Shown: one piece after another, positions 36,111 to 48,850 of the stretch
How positions within the stretch are numbered: position 1 is the stretch's first letter
Layout: each line of letters begins with the position of its first letter
Origin: Mytilus californianus
Taxonomy: Eukaryota
Assembly: GCF_021869535.1 (NCBI RefSeq)
Contig: NW_026262734.1
Coordinates: 65,782,001-65,846,000 of the forward strand
Reading direction: 5' to 3'
Length of the DNA: 64,000 bases
Notes under the pieces: generated by a model
The model's input: the letters and a program-made list of their open reading frames with translations, nothing else
Told to the model about the DNA's origin: nothing
The model's database searches: none
Made by a program: the position numbers and the translations under genes

Positions 36111-36738
36111 TTCACTATACTCTTAATTACAAAATGTCTTATCAGGTAGCGAATTATAACGAATCTAAATTTTACCGGGTTTATAACAGATTGTTTAAGC
36201 TAGAAACCATACTAATCTAAAATAGTACATGAATATATGTCGTAGTGCAGCGAGAAAATAGACAAGAAAATCATTTTCCTAAAATAAAATGCCATTACGT
36301 TACAGTATAGAGAAAATGTTTTTGTCTTCCAAATTTTTTATCCCAGAATATCTAGGACCCATGTTCCATCGTTCTGCATTGATCATACATAAAATGTAAT
36401 TGTTTATTTATTTACATGGTGTAATTTATTTTTCTGTTGAATTTTACACAATGATAGTTTTTTTTTTTTAATTTTCGGAACATAAATGTGGTTATTGTCT
36501 TAGATGCATATTTTTTTTTTTAGTTGTTATTGGCTTTGGACTAGCTGTCAGTAACTGCGAGTACTCTCAGATCTGTAAATAGTGTATTTTTTAGTGTGGG
36601 GATGTATTAATACCCTGCCATGTCCGGTTTGTGTTTTTGTTGGATGATTTTTTCTGCTTTGTATCGATCTGATGAGTTAAGCCCTTTTCAACTGATTTTT
36701 ATGGTTTGTTCTTATGTTGTTTTGTTACACCACTGCCC

Positions 36739-36821
36739 CAGGTTAGGGGGAGGGTTTGGTGCAAGCAAACTAGTTTAACCCTGCCACATTCTCTATGTGC
36801 CAATCTCAAGTCAGGACCCTG
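36739..36821 (+). ncRNA. Degenerate twister-like core (family A) in UNC93A-like copy 1 intron 1
   Basis: GGGG GAGGG .. AACTAGTT T^AA CCCT GCC .. GCCAAT CTC AAG TCAGG. P4 is damaged. Confidence 0.45.
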
Positions 36822-37722
36822 TAATTCAGTGGTTGTCGTTTGTTGCTGTATATCATATTTGTTTTTCGTTCATTGTTCTGTACATAAATCAGGCTGTTAG
36901 TTTTCTCGTTTGAATTGTTTGATATTTGTCATTTTGGGGCCTTTTATAGCTGACTATGCGGTATGGGTTTTGCTCCTTGTTGAAGGCCGTACGGTGACTT
37001 ATAGTTGTTTACGGTGACTCATAGTTGTTAACTTCTATGTCATTTGGTCCCTGGTGGAGAGTTGTCTCATTGGCAATCATACCACATCTTCTTATTCTTA
37101 TATGGTGGAGGTTTATGATTATGTATGCCTAAAAACGTAAAAATTAATTAATTACTTAATATAGACAATTTCATTGAAAAAGTACGAGATTAAATATTGG
37201 TATAAAACTCTTATACAAGATTAAATACCAGATGTTTAATTGTGATTTTCCCTTTTTGCTTATTGAATACATTGAAAGGAACTTACCAGATATAATAGTT
37301 ACGCTTTTCGCCCAATGTTTTTTATGAACTACTTAAAAAAGTTGTAAATAAACACATCTTTTGTTTGGTTTCAATAGCAAAAACCGGCTTGTTCTTTTGT
37401 TGTTGATTTTTGTGATAGATTAGCGGTAAGATATATAAGTTAAATATCCAATACATTGCCAATTTATTTTAGGAACTTTTTCATGTTGGGGTGTACCTGA
37501 GAAGGAGGGAAACACTGTTGAACGTATATTTATATATTTATATATGTGTGTAGTTCATGATGTTCAAACTGCCTTTTCTTTTCTTTGTATGTATACTAGA
37601 CTATTGTTTCATTTTGTTATTGTCTTATTAATGTCTTATATTGTACTATGCTCCTTGTGAGCCCATTTGATGGAAATAAAACATCTTCTTCTTCTTATAT
37701 GTTTTGTACGTCATTTTTTCAG

Positions 37723-37993
37723 TCATTCGTTGCCTGTAAGCTCGGTATAGAATGGATTGGTTATACCATGATCTGCTTCGGGGTCTGTGATACGGTTGGC
37801 TCATTATTGGTAGGATTCATCGGGAAATTTACTGGACGGCCGCCATTATTCATCATTGCTACTATTTTGAACCTTGGAGTTCTTGGTATTATGAGATTTT
37901 GGTCCTTCAAAGAAGAAGTACCTTTTTATCTATTCTTTGTTATACCAGGTGTATGGGGATTAGCAGATGGAATCTGGCAAACGCAAAGTGGAG
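37723..37993 (+). CDS. UNC93A: UNC93A-like copy 1, exon 2 (SFVACKLGIEWIGY...WQTQSG)
   Basis: Acceptor ttttttcag|TCA, 271 nt, donor GGAG|gtatgt (phase 1), open frame. Confidence 0.88.
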
Positions 37994-38020
37994 GTATGTT
38001 AAAAGTAATTTCATGTACAT

Positions 38021-38235
38021 GAGGGTCTGGATTGGGTTTACAGAATAGAGAATAATGGGCAAAAAAATGCATAAAAAATAAAGAATAGGGAAAAATAGGC
38101 AAAACAAATAAAGAATAAAGAATAATTGGGTACTAAATTATAAAGAATAGAGAATAATGGACAAAATAACCAAAGAGACAAATGGATTAAAAAATTAAAG
38201 AATACATAAATGAAGGATCCCCCATCCAGACCCAT
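38021..38235. mobile_element. MITE just downstream of UNC93A-like copy 1 exon 2
   Basis: Imperfect TIR gagggtctggattggg / cccatccagaccc. Related pieces lie at 34865-35000 and 63820-63955. Confidence 0.5.
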
Positions 38236-39429
38236 ATACATGTTGTTCCGCGAGCGGATTTGTGTTTAGAAGAGAAAGGGATGGGACGTACAGCAAATGG
38301 CGTTTGACACTAAATAAAAAAGAAATTAACAACGTAGTTTTCATGAAAACTAAACAGTTCTCGATGACATAACGCATGTAACATTCCCGCAAACATTCCT
38401 TAATCAATCAAATGTATATATACATAAAAAAAAACTAAGAAAACCTAAATGATTTGTATATGATAAAAGTTATAACTAAGTCCTAACTTTGTTTTCTATG
38501 TCAAAGGCTGTCAATTCTAAATGGATTCTAAATCTATAATTAATCTAGATTTACAGTTTGGTTTCATTTTTAATATTAAAGTAATTATTGTTCTTAATTA
38601 CATTTATCTACCAAACTACACTGAAATCCGTAAAGAATGTTTTTTATTTTCAACCAAATAATGATTTTTGGACGTATAACCAAGGATTTTATAGTAGGAC
38701 TATTAAAATCCTTTGTCTAACTAAAAATTCAAATGTTCCCTTAAAAATCCACAAATCTTAAAACAATATACGCTTATCTACTAGATAGTTACTCATTTGG
38801 CTGAAACCAATTGTCAAGAGATCTCTCTAGATACAATTTTAACGACATGAATGAAACATACAAGTAATCAATCTTTTTTTAAATTAAAAACCGATTTTTT
38901 TAAATTATATTTTTTTAATTTGATTTTATCTCGACGCGAAGCTCCGAAAACATGAAGGTCAAAACACGTAAACGCGAAAAGGAGAAAACGTTCATTTCGA
39001 ATAGATTACTTCCAATAACATGAATACGCAAAATCGCAGAATGTGAAAGCGAAAACTCGAAGCTAAAACAATTCTGCTGTTTTGCGGCTTCGCCTTCGGG
39101 TTTTCGCTCTAGTATCGAAAACGCAAAATGGCTGCAACCGGCCACCATATAAATGCACAAACTGCTGTCAGTGAAGGAATTTCTTTTTAAATACACAAAT
39201 AAATGTTTGTTGTATGCCGGACAATATATAACAGTCAATGACACCAACATTCAGTGTTTGCATTAATTCGCACAACCCTATGAGTACATTGCACGTGTAT
39301 ACTATGCATCCAGGAGCTTGGGAAATCGATCATGCATAACAGGAAAAAAAGAAAGTTCCTAAAAGTACATAACATAAAGCTACAAAATGTAATTACGCAT
39401 TGACTACAATATCAGCTGGTTTTTTTCAG

Positions 39430-39653
39430 CATTGGTAGGATCTGCCTTTACAGAAGACCAGGAACCAGCGTTTGCCAACCTAAGACTGTTCCAGGCTCTG
39501 GGGTTCACTGTGGGATATTTATATAATGTACATCTATGTGAATACATCAAACTGTATATAGCAGCAGGGACTTTAGTTGTGTCCATGGTATTTGTGGCAA
39601 TAGTAGAAATTAGGATCCGCCTAAAGAACAAACCAGATGAAAGGATAATTTAA
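39430..39653 (+). CDS. UNC93A: UNC93A-like copy 1, exon 3 (ALVGSAFTEDQEPAFANLRLFQALGF...DERII-stop)
   Basis: Acceptor ttttttcag|CA in phase 1. Contains the AFANxRL..ALGF motif of the UNC93A C-terminus. The joined CDS is 479 aa. Confidence 0.88.
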
Positions 39654-40117
39654 ATTGCCAAATTTTTCAATTCACGTATTTTTTTTTTCATAATTCACTT
39701 TTTTACCAATTAAAAGAAATGTGCAGTATAAAAAACAACCTATCACCAATGACTTTTGTTATGCGTTTGTTATTTATCTTTTTTTTTCCATATTCCCTGT
39801 AGAATTAATTTTTATTACTTCCTAAAAAGGAAAAGGACCCTTTTCGACATTAAATTGAGAAAATCAAACAGTACCATCAAATATCAATCTATATATCATA
39901 TACATGTACATGTAGAACCAGTTGACGTTAATCCCTATAAAAAAACAACATGCAGCGGCAATTATTAGCGGTGTAATATTGCCACTCTTTGTACGCTGGA
40001 AGCTGGTTTCGCTCAATCAACTGGAATTTAGGTAAAACAAATATCTCTAATGCATGTGCTTGTATCAGGCTGTCCTTTATTGGATATTCTTTCTTCCGTC
40101 TGACCAAAATATTACAA

Positions 40118-40860
40118 TCTATTGATTGACAACATATTTGTTACGTTTGGAGGACGTGTTTTTCAACAAACAATCGGCATTCCCATGGGAACCAACTGTG
40201 CTCCTCTTCTTACCGACTTGTTCCTTTATTTATATGATGCTGACTTCATACAGGAACTTCTTAGGAAGAACGAAATGAAGTTAGCAGTATCCTTTAACTT
40301 CCATTTCCGCTATATAGATGATGTTCTCTCACTAAATGATTCAATATTTGGTAACTATGTTGGACGCATCTATCCCATCGAATATAAGATAAAGGCTACA
40401 ACAGATACAGTCAAGTCTGTCTCATATCTTGACTTACATCTAGAAATTGACAATGAGGGTCAGTTGAAAACAAAACTTTACGACAAAAGAGATAATTCCA
40501 TCTTCCCAATTGTGAACTTTCTATTTCTATGTAGCAACATTCAAGCAGCGCCTGCATGCGGAGTATATTTCTCCCAAGTTGATACGATATTCCAGGGCTT
40601 GTATTTCCTATCAAGACTTCCTTGATAGAGGATTGCTGCTCACAAGGAAGCTATTAAACCAAGAGTTCCAAGTGGTGAAGTTGAAATCCCAGTTTTTGTG
40701 GGGTACGTTCGTGTTGCTCAGTCTCTAGTTTTCTATGTTGCGTTTTGTGAACTGTTGTTTGTCTGATTGTCTGTTTCTTTTAAAGCCATGGCTTTGTCAG
40801 TTTATTTTCGACTTATGAGTTTGAATGTTCCTTTGGTATCATTCGGCTGTTTTTTTCAAA
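40118..40860 (+). mobile_element. Penelope-like element RT fragment plus 3' tail
   Basis: Motifs GIPMGTNCAPLL, FRYIDDV and KLYDKR. After a frameshift near 40578 it reads LIRYSRACISYQDFLDRGLLLTRKLLNQ, then joins a 3' tail also seen at about 55720, 58400 and 58950. Confidence 0.85.
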
Positions 40861-40879
40861 AGAAATGCCCAATAATTAA

Positions 40880-41105
40880 TCAAGCAAATTTTTAAAAAGT
40901 AAGAAGATACCGAGAGACCGTTACGAAAACCCCATGTCGAAGAAAGACAGACGACATCATAGTCAAACGAAAAAGTCAAACATTATCCACTAAACACTAC
41001 AGGGGTACTAAATAATTTTGTATCACGAACCGCTCCAAACACCGGCGTAACTCACATGCTCCGATAAGCACCGGCGTAACTCACATGCTCCGATAAGCAC
41101 CGGAG
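40880..41105 (-). repeat. Penelope-like tail in inverted orientation, with a 29-bp tandem duplication
   Basis: Reverse complement resembles the ggagca..gagtt..ccgg..ggttcgtg tail. The unit caccggcgtaactcacatgctccgataag occurs twice, at 41040-41097. Confidence 0.55.
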
Positions 41106-41836
41106 GCCCTTGTCATTCTATGCATGACAAAAATCTGATGATAAATCTGCGTCGTTAAATATAAATCATAAAATCGTAAAACATCCAAAAGCCAACGTCA
41201 ACTTATAATTAAGAAGTCACGGTTTAGCAGTTTCATTGTCATTAATCCACTATAATTTAAAAAAACATGAACAATGTATATACCATCTCCAATGTGAACA
41301 TCCTATACTCATGAATGGATCCTATAATCAGTCTTGGGGTACACATATAAACTGGATCTAGTGTCTTTATCTTAGGCGTAGGAACATCCTTTCAAGGAGC
41401 GTCCGTTTGGATGTTCGGGTTGTATAAATGCGCAGCCACGTCCGGTACGAACGGGTCGTTAAATTGAACCGACTCGTGTATGAGATTGACCACGTTCTCT
41501 GTACATTACGAACTCTTGCAACAACTCTTTGAGATGTCTATAGGGGTCTGTTGTAACGTAATGTTTCTGTCCCTATCCAACATATCTTAATTTTTTTATC
41601 TGGAAGTTCAAATTGTCTATGCATACGCTATCGACGCACTTTCCAGAACCTATTTTTACATTTATTGCATTTTTTCCAACTGAAAATTCATGATAAGCGA
41701 ACAACTTCAATCAATCTATTCGTCATTTTAATTTATATTTGACTGAGTTCATAATCTTTTCCGAATTTGTAACAAATTTTCAACAACTTTTCATGATTAA
41801 ATACCATATTAATTATTTTATTCTAATACACATATA

Positions 41837-42770
41837 TGTAACAGCCACATTGTTCCGTCAGTTACTTTGTTCCGGCGGAACTTTTCAACTAGTTATTTCG
41901 TTCCGATGGAACTTTCCAACTAGTTGTTTTATTCCGAGTGCAGTCGAAAAGTTCCGGAAAAAGTAGCTAGTTGAAAAGTACCGGAACAATGTAGCTAGTT
42001 GAATAGTTCTGGCGGAACAGAACAACTAGTTACATCGTTCCGAATATACCATATTTCGTCCTTTTTGTAGAAAGTGGGGGAAGAATGAGTATCAGTATAT
42101 ATAAGAGCAAATCATTAATTTACAAGAATACCCAACGCACTGAAAGGGGTTTCTTTGGGGACAAATATGCAAAATTTAAGTTGTATTTCATAGCTCACAT
42201 AAAACGGAATAAGTTGCATTATCATGCAAATTTAGTATTCATAGTACCCTCAAGAGAGGGAAGAATACCCACTCCTCATGTGGTTCCATGCATCAATTCT
42301 CAAAATGGAACTTTGTGACTGGTTGATAAGTTCCGTTGGAACTTTTGGGCTAGTTTGTTAGTTCCGGTTTTGACTTATTTGCCAAAGAGGAACTTTGTGG
42401 CTAGTTGATAAGTTCCTGATTTGACTTTTGTAATCAATATCTTGGTTTCCCTTTGAAAGGTTCAAATATAATATGTTGCGCTTTTACTTTGCATCAATTC
42501 TCCAAATGGAACTTTCTGCCTGGTTGATAAGTTCCGTTGGAACTTTTGGGCTAGTTTGTTCGTTCCGGTTTTGACTAATTTGGCAAAAAGGAACTTTCTA
42601 ACTAGTTGATATGTTCCGTTGGAACTTTTCAACTAGTCACTTTGTTCCGGTGGAACTTTTAAACCAGAGGAAGAACAAAGTAACTAGTTAATAAGTTCCT
42701 CCGGAACTTTTCGACTAGTTAGTTCTTTCCGCCCGGATCTTTCCAACGTCGGAACAAAAGAGCATTTACA
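41837..42770. mobile_element. TGT..ACA TIR element with TATA flanks (Ginger-like or Tc1-like)
   Basis: TATA|tgtaacagccacattgttccg ... cggaacaaaagagcatttaca|TATA. It has ggaacttt..caactagt iterons and an internal duplication (42289-42417 / 42490-42617). Confidence 0.65.
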
Positions 42771-43476
42771 TATATACGTGTAATATTCTACACAATGATA
42801 GTTCTAACTATTCAGGCGCGGATCCATGGATTTTGCAAATGTTGTTTTTTTTTCGTTGGATAATTTAACAGCTTTTCCTATTCATCATAATTCATGATTA
42901 ATATATATACAAACAGGTAGAGATTTTCTGTTGATACGGAAACACTTAGATCTTGGGGATTAAAAAGGTTGTCGGCCATTCTGCTAGTATTCGTTGGAAT
43001 TTCACCTTGACCATCATGATAACATTTGAATTGATATTTACTTAATTAGCATGGTTGACCATTATAAAACATTGATACATGGACATTCTCATTTTGAAAT
43101 TGAATTTGTATTTGTATTGCGTACATTTTGATATGGATATTCTTTAAAAAAAAAAGAAAAGTAAAACAATTATAGAAAGAATTATAATTTGCTTTTACTT
43201 TTGTAAAAAGGAGTTATAAGACTTGAATAACAACGAAGAAGACATGTCCAGTATATGTGTACATAATAATTATCCGGTAACGATAACAAGATTTCAGTAA
43301 TCTTTAAGGTGTTCTGAAGCTGGCGGCGGTCAGTAGTTTACACCAGTACATCAAAGGTAACATTTAATTTAATGTTGATTAACAAAACTATTGATAACAG
43401 AAAGTGCAATTCGAAAAAGTACATTTAGTTAAAGTACTTTTATATACCGTGACTCTTACGACCATCAAAGTTAATA

Positions 43477-44361
43477 ATGGATGTTATCATCGAAAAACAA
43501 AATTTAAACAAAGAAAACTTACGGAAGGAAAAAAGGAAGCTCTTATTCAATTTTGTGACAATATGCTTTATATGGCTGTTTGTTTTTACCGCATATTCAG
43601 GACTGCAAAACTTAGAGGCGGCAGTAAATGCTGAGACTGGGCTTTATTCGTTGGCGGCAGTGACTTCCGGTGGAGTCATTTCCTGTCTAGTAGCTCCGAC
43701 AGTCATAAGTTATATTGGATCTAAAGGAGCGCTTATTGTTGCATGTATTTGTCAGTGTATTTTCGTAGCAGCAAACTACTATCCAAAACCGTATATTTTG
43801 ATAACAGGTGGCGCCATTGTTGGTTTATCTTCAGGACTATTATGGACGGCGCAATCATGCTATGTGACGATGATCGCATTAGACTATCACAAAATAACTG
43901 GAGAATCGTTAGAAGCTATACTTAGTCGATTGTTTGGAATATTTTTCATGGCTTTTCAAAGCACACAAGTTTGGGGCAATCTAATATCGTCAGCAGTGTT
44001 CCAGCTAGGCGGCGCATCGACGGAACAGGCTAACAACACTTTTTGTGGTGCTCAATATTGCCCCTCAGATCAGACGATCAGTAACGGAAATGAGACTTCA
44101 GAAGCAGCCATTAGACCGGATCGCCATTTAGAAATTACTCTAATTAGCATATATTTAGGGATTACATTTATTGGTTTACTTCTGACAGTTTTTGTTCTTA
44201 AACCAATCAAATCTTCCATGAGTGACAAATATTTTACTTTAAAGGAACGATTAGCTGCTAATTTGAAATTACTTTTTACCGATCTAAATATGGCCATGAT
44301 AATTCCGTTCGCACTTTATACCGGCATGGAGCAGGTTATGATGTTTGCTCAGTTTACAACA
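43477..44361 (+). CDS. UNC93A: UNC93A-like copy 2, exon 1 (295 codons)
   Basis: Paralogous to 33436-34380 (FTAYSGLQNLE, FQSTQVWGNLISS, FCGAQYCP). The donor ACA|gtaagt is at the same codon position as in copy 1. Confidence 0.88.
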
Positions 44362-44501
44362 GTAAGTATATACTGAAGAAAAAAGTAGCGGAAATAAATT
44401 TTCACATATTTATTTGACGAGTGAAATTTGAATTTTATGGCTTATTTTCTTTGTTACCATGATTCATTTATCGTTATGTTTAGAAGTATTATGGTTTATT
44501 T

Positions 44502-44797
44502 GTATGTCCCCGCCGTTAAGTGTTACCCTTATCAGTCCGTACGTACGTACCAAAAATAGTTTCCATTCTCTAACTTTAGTTTGCCTCAACAAATGGAAGT
44601 TTTTAACGACCTTGACTGGCTATACAGCCCTTGCACGGTCGGCACCTAAACCAAATGTTATGAAACTTATATCCAATGATTATTCCCATAAAACACAGAT
44701 CAAGATTTAAGTGGCGTCACTTTTACAGTTCTCTAGTTATGTCCCTTTATAACGTTATATGCAATCGGGGGCATCACCTGTGTGCCATGGACACATT
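44502..44797 (+). mobile_element. Short copy of the same HINE-like family (single internal unit)
   Basis: atgtccccgccg..ccgtacgtacgtac..ccaaatgttatgaaactta..cgggggcatc plus the terminal hairpin tgtgtgccatggacaca. Confidence 0.75.
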
Positions 44798-47707
44798 CTC
44801 CATTTATTTAGATATATAATTAAAAGTATGTGTCGCTAAACGTTTTGTACTCAGTATTACCTGATGTACATTAGGCTTAGAATTATGATATAATGTCGTT
44901 AAATTGATTGACTGAGATTTCTTAATGTTCGGTAGCAAATGTGTCTCTCATTTTAGGACGATCTATGACAGTTTAAACAATAAATCTTCGAGGTAGGATC
45001 TGCAAAGTGGTTGAGCGAATATAAAGCGTTAAATTTGGAAATTCACTGGAAAAGGTTTTTTTAATAGGATAGAAATGTAACCTGTCATAAAGTTACTTCC
45101 GAACCGCTGAAAGAGTTTTAATAAACAAAGAGTTTGCTTAACAGAGTACAAGTCTCTTTCAACATCGATCATCGATAATAGCGGTCCGATTCCGAACGGA
45201 GGCAGCTGCGTACATTTACATGTATATATAATACATATCCCATACTGGTCATAGAGCCAAACAGACACTTTCTTGGTCCGGTCATTACTGCCAAACGAGA
45301 GAAGCCGAGTTATATTGCAAAGCCCCTAAAAATAGAGAGATGTGGTCTGTTCGCCAATTATACAACTTTCTATCAAAGACCAAATGACGTAAAAGTTAGC
45401 AACTATGATTTCGTTACCACAATTACTTAAAACCTTTACTAAATTCTTCCATAGATACAAAGATTTGGTTTCCAAGTTTGGCTGTACCTGTAGAAAACTT
45501 ATTTCAAACGGAATAGCACATCATACATTTTACGGTGATGTTGTTCAACACTGTAATTAAATCTTTGAATATTGTTTTTATTGGTATAAATATTGATTTA
45601 GTGATCAGTAAATTAAAACCATACTAAATATTACACATATGTACTTTCACGTTACTACAATCTGTCGATACCTATATTTTCGCATTGCACAAGGTCATGT
45701 TTTTCTCTGACTGTTAATGACGGCTTTAAACTAAATCCATTGGATGTTGGATTGTACTGATTGATATTTTAGTCTTAGATACATGATTTTTTATTAGTTG
45801 TTATTGGCTTTGAACTAGCTGTCAGTAACTGCGAGTACTCACAGATCTAAGTGTCTATTTTGTTGTTATGGATGAGGGGTGGATATATACCCTGCCACGT
45901 CCTGTCTGTGTTTTTCTTTGTATCGATCTGATGAGTTAAGCCTTTTTCAACTAATTTTTATAGTTTGTTCGTATGTTTTACTGTTCATGTCTGTCATATT
46001 TGTTTTTCGTAAATTGTTTTCTTATGAATTAGGCCGTTAGTCACAGTTTCTCAATTGAATTGTTTCGTATTTTTCATGTCGGGGCCTTTTATAGCTGACT
46101 ATACGGTATGGGTTTTTCTCATTGTTGAAGGCCGTACGGTTGCCTATAATTGTTTACATCCTCTTCATTTGAACTTTGGTGGATAGTTGTCTCATTGGCA
46201 ATCATACCACATCTCCTTATTTTATATGGGTCACCGTACGGCCTTAAACAATGGGGGGAATACATATTACATATCAAGCTATAAAAGACCCGACATGACA
46301 ACTGTAAAATTAGGTATAGTTTTCTTCTGACTAAATACTTGTTATATTGCACAATTGACGACAATTGTAATCGACAGAAATTGGCCAGTCAAATGCTATG
46401 TGCATAGTACAAAGAGTTATCCTAATGTTGCACATACATGCATTTTGTTTATTTTTCAAGTCTTGAATTAGTTATTACTATTAAGTCGGATGAGAAATTC
46501 GATCTTTCGACGACAAAAGAGAATACACTTGATGGAGACAAAATGCTTTCCTTGCAACATATCACATATACGGACTCTTCGAAGAGTTTTTGCAAGGTTT
46601 CTTCAACTTGGAGATATCGCGACCCTCTCCAAACAAAGGGCATCTGAATTAACGTTCTCTTACCAACCATGTATAATTCCGTAATACGTCACCAAAATGG
46701 ACACTTTCTCCTATGTATGGATATTAAAGCATGAAGGGGCAACTCAGTTTTATATTTCTGTATACTTGGGACGCCCTTCAAATTAGATCTTTATGGCAAA
46801 GAATAAAAGTATTTTTTACATTTTGAGTGTGATTGTGAAAATATGAAAACAATTGTATTAGAATAATTTTGAAACAATTGCTGGAATCCTTTGATTGATT
46901 AAGTAGATGACGTATTGCATTGTAAATTCTGAACCTGAGTGTGATGTTGCAAATATGGGGTATTTCATCCCGATCTACGAACTTTGCAGAATCCTCCGAA
47001 GTAATATTGTTTAATTTATTTTCTTCTCTTCCTGAAAAGCTTTAAAATTATTTATACTGGACATGAAGCAAACAACGGGAAAGCATTTAATAAAATACAA
47101 AATATTGCAACAGTTCTGTTGTTACCGTTTTTATTTTTTTTTACCTACATGTAACAATTAACAACATAAATCAAATCTTTCTTATTGGTTAATATGTCTA
47201 TTCTTCTTTAGGTTATGTGACAGATTTTTGAAGGATTGTAAATTCATTGAACTATTTTCCATTCTTAAATATGATTAAATAAACATTTTGAAATATATGC
47301 AAATTAGAAAAGAATCCCACTGAAAATCATAAAAATGTGTACTACTATTCAAAATCACCTTTAAATTCTCAGACCTCCAAAACCAGTCTATATATGGTTG
47401 ATAATGCTGTTGTGGCCAAATGAAGGACGACGAGGTACAATACGACCCATACCGAAATTGCAAAGATGGTAAAAATCCTCAATCCTTTCAAAAGTATAAC
47501 CGTTCCCTCGTAACAGACATGATACTAGGAGAGAATATATGTTAGCCCAGCTCAGTGATAATATATGTAATCTCTTCACTTGCATTTGTATATTAAAAAC
47601 GTTTGATAACAGAATAATAGCCATCTTACCTCAATATCTACCAGTACTGTTTTTAATAAATATGTTAATATTTAAGGTGTTTTATATAGATCTGATATTT
47701 TTTTCAG

Positions 47708-47978
47708 TCATTCGTTGCCTGTAAACTTGGTATAGAATGGATTGGTTATACAATGATTTGCTTTGGCGTTTGTGATACCGTTGGATCTCTACTAGTTGGA
47801 ATAATAGCTAAATATACCGGAAGACTAGTATTGTTCTTTATCAGCGCTTCCCTTAATTTAGGTGTCCTGGTTTTTCTACGGGTATGGTCGTTAAGTGGCC
47901 AGGTTCCATTTGAACTTTTCTTTGTTATACCAGCCGTGTGGGGGCTAGCAGATGCAGTATGGCAAGCTCAGAGCGATG
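47708..47978 (+). CDS. UNC93A: UNC93A-like copy 2, exon 2
   Basis: Acceptor ttttcag|TCA, 271 nt as in copy 1, donor GATG|gtatgt, open frame. Confidence 0.88.
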
Positions 47979-48806
47979 GTATGTTTACGAAAAAATAGTT
48001 ATTTATGTTGTTTACTTGAATGTTTTGATTGTCCGGATAATGTCCATTGTCCGTCAACAATTGATAGTTTACTGCAAGATGACAAATTGCATTACATTAA
48101 TTTATTGCTGAAACATACAAAAAAGTTAAAATATAGTGGTAGACATTGTAGCTATTAACATGCAGTACTAGTACAATCGCATGTTATACAGTATGAAGTG
48201 TTAGAATGGTCGTGGTAGGCAAAATCTGACATTAAAAAAATATTGTCCCTCTAATATAATGCATCCTAAGTTTTAATTATCGTAAAAAATGAAAGGCTTT
48301 TGCAAAAAAAAACCTTTAGAGTTTCTTAAAAAAAGGTTTTAAAGGATTGCACTGTATATGACGTTGTTGTACACTCACAAGTAATCCGCCGATATTAGAT
48401 TAAAAACACTTTTTCAATGTCAGCGGACTAATTTATTTGGGCCTCGTTTTCAGTAACTGCGGGAAGTTTTTGATATCACGTGTGCATGTATTTTTTTTAC
48501 CGGTATTACAAGGTGGCGTGCTTTTATGACCTTATGACCTTATTTGAAGTGTACTTTCTTCTATGTATCCTTTTATTTCATTGATGGAGATTAAAAATCT
48601 CAAAAATTAGTTTACCTCGCCACATAGTCACGTTCCTGTTCGAAGTCATGGAATTTGTCAGTGATTATTCATATCTTAGCGTCTTTTGTCTTTTAAGGAA
48701 TTCAGAAATGATGGCAGATCTTTAGTAGCTACTCTTGAATTTATTCACAAATTTCTAGACGCGACGTAGAATAAATCATCAAAGATATCAGGTTTTTGTT
48801 TTTTTT

Positions 48807-48850
48807 ACGCCAGATGCGTGTTTCGTCTACATACCACTCATCAGTGACGC
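48807..48850 (-). ncRNA. Minimal type I hammerhead ribozyme, degenerate
   Basis: Minus strand: GCGTCA(stem I) CTGATGA GTGGTATGTAGAC(stem II) GAAA C-ACGC-ATC TGGCGT(stem I'). The core boxes are intact; stems II and III each carry a mismatch. Confidence 0.7.

Noticed and set aside
36669-36700. CTGATGA motifs at 36669 and 45928 (also about 15967, 33089 and 60752) as hammerheads
   Set aside because: No correctly placed GAAA or stem III/I follows.
40122-40680. Selenocysteine recoding in the Penelope-like RT, as reported for some Naiads
   Set aside because: There are no in-frame TGA codons in the RT fragments present, so the sequence gives no support.
41250-41700. Long stop-interrupted minus-strand frame
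   Set aside because: It has several stops and no recognisable motif, and it overlaps a piece resembling the family A upstream region.
36480-46226. Shared family A insertion in intron 1 of both UNC93A-like paralogues as a pre-duplication marker
   Set aside because: The family is abundant throughout the window and the copies look more alike than the paralogues' exon 1 sequences, so independent insertions are more likely.
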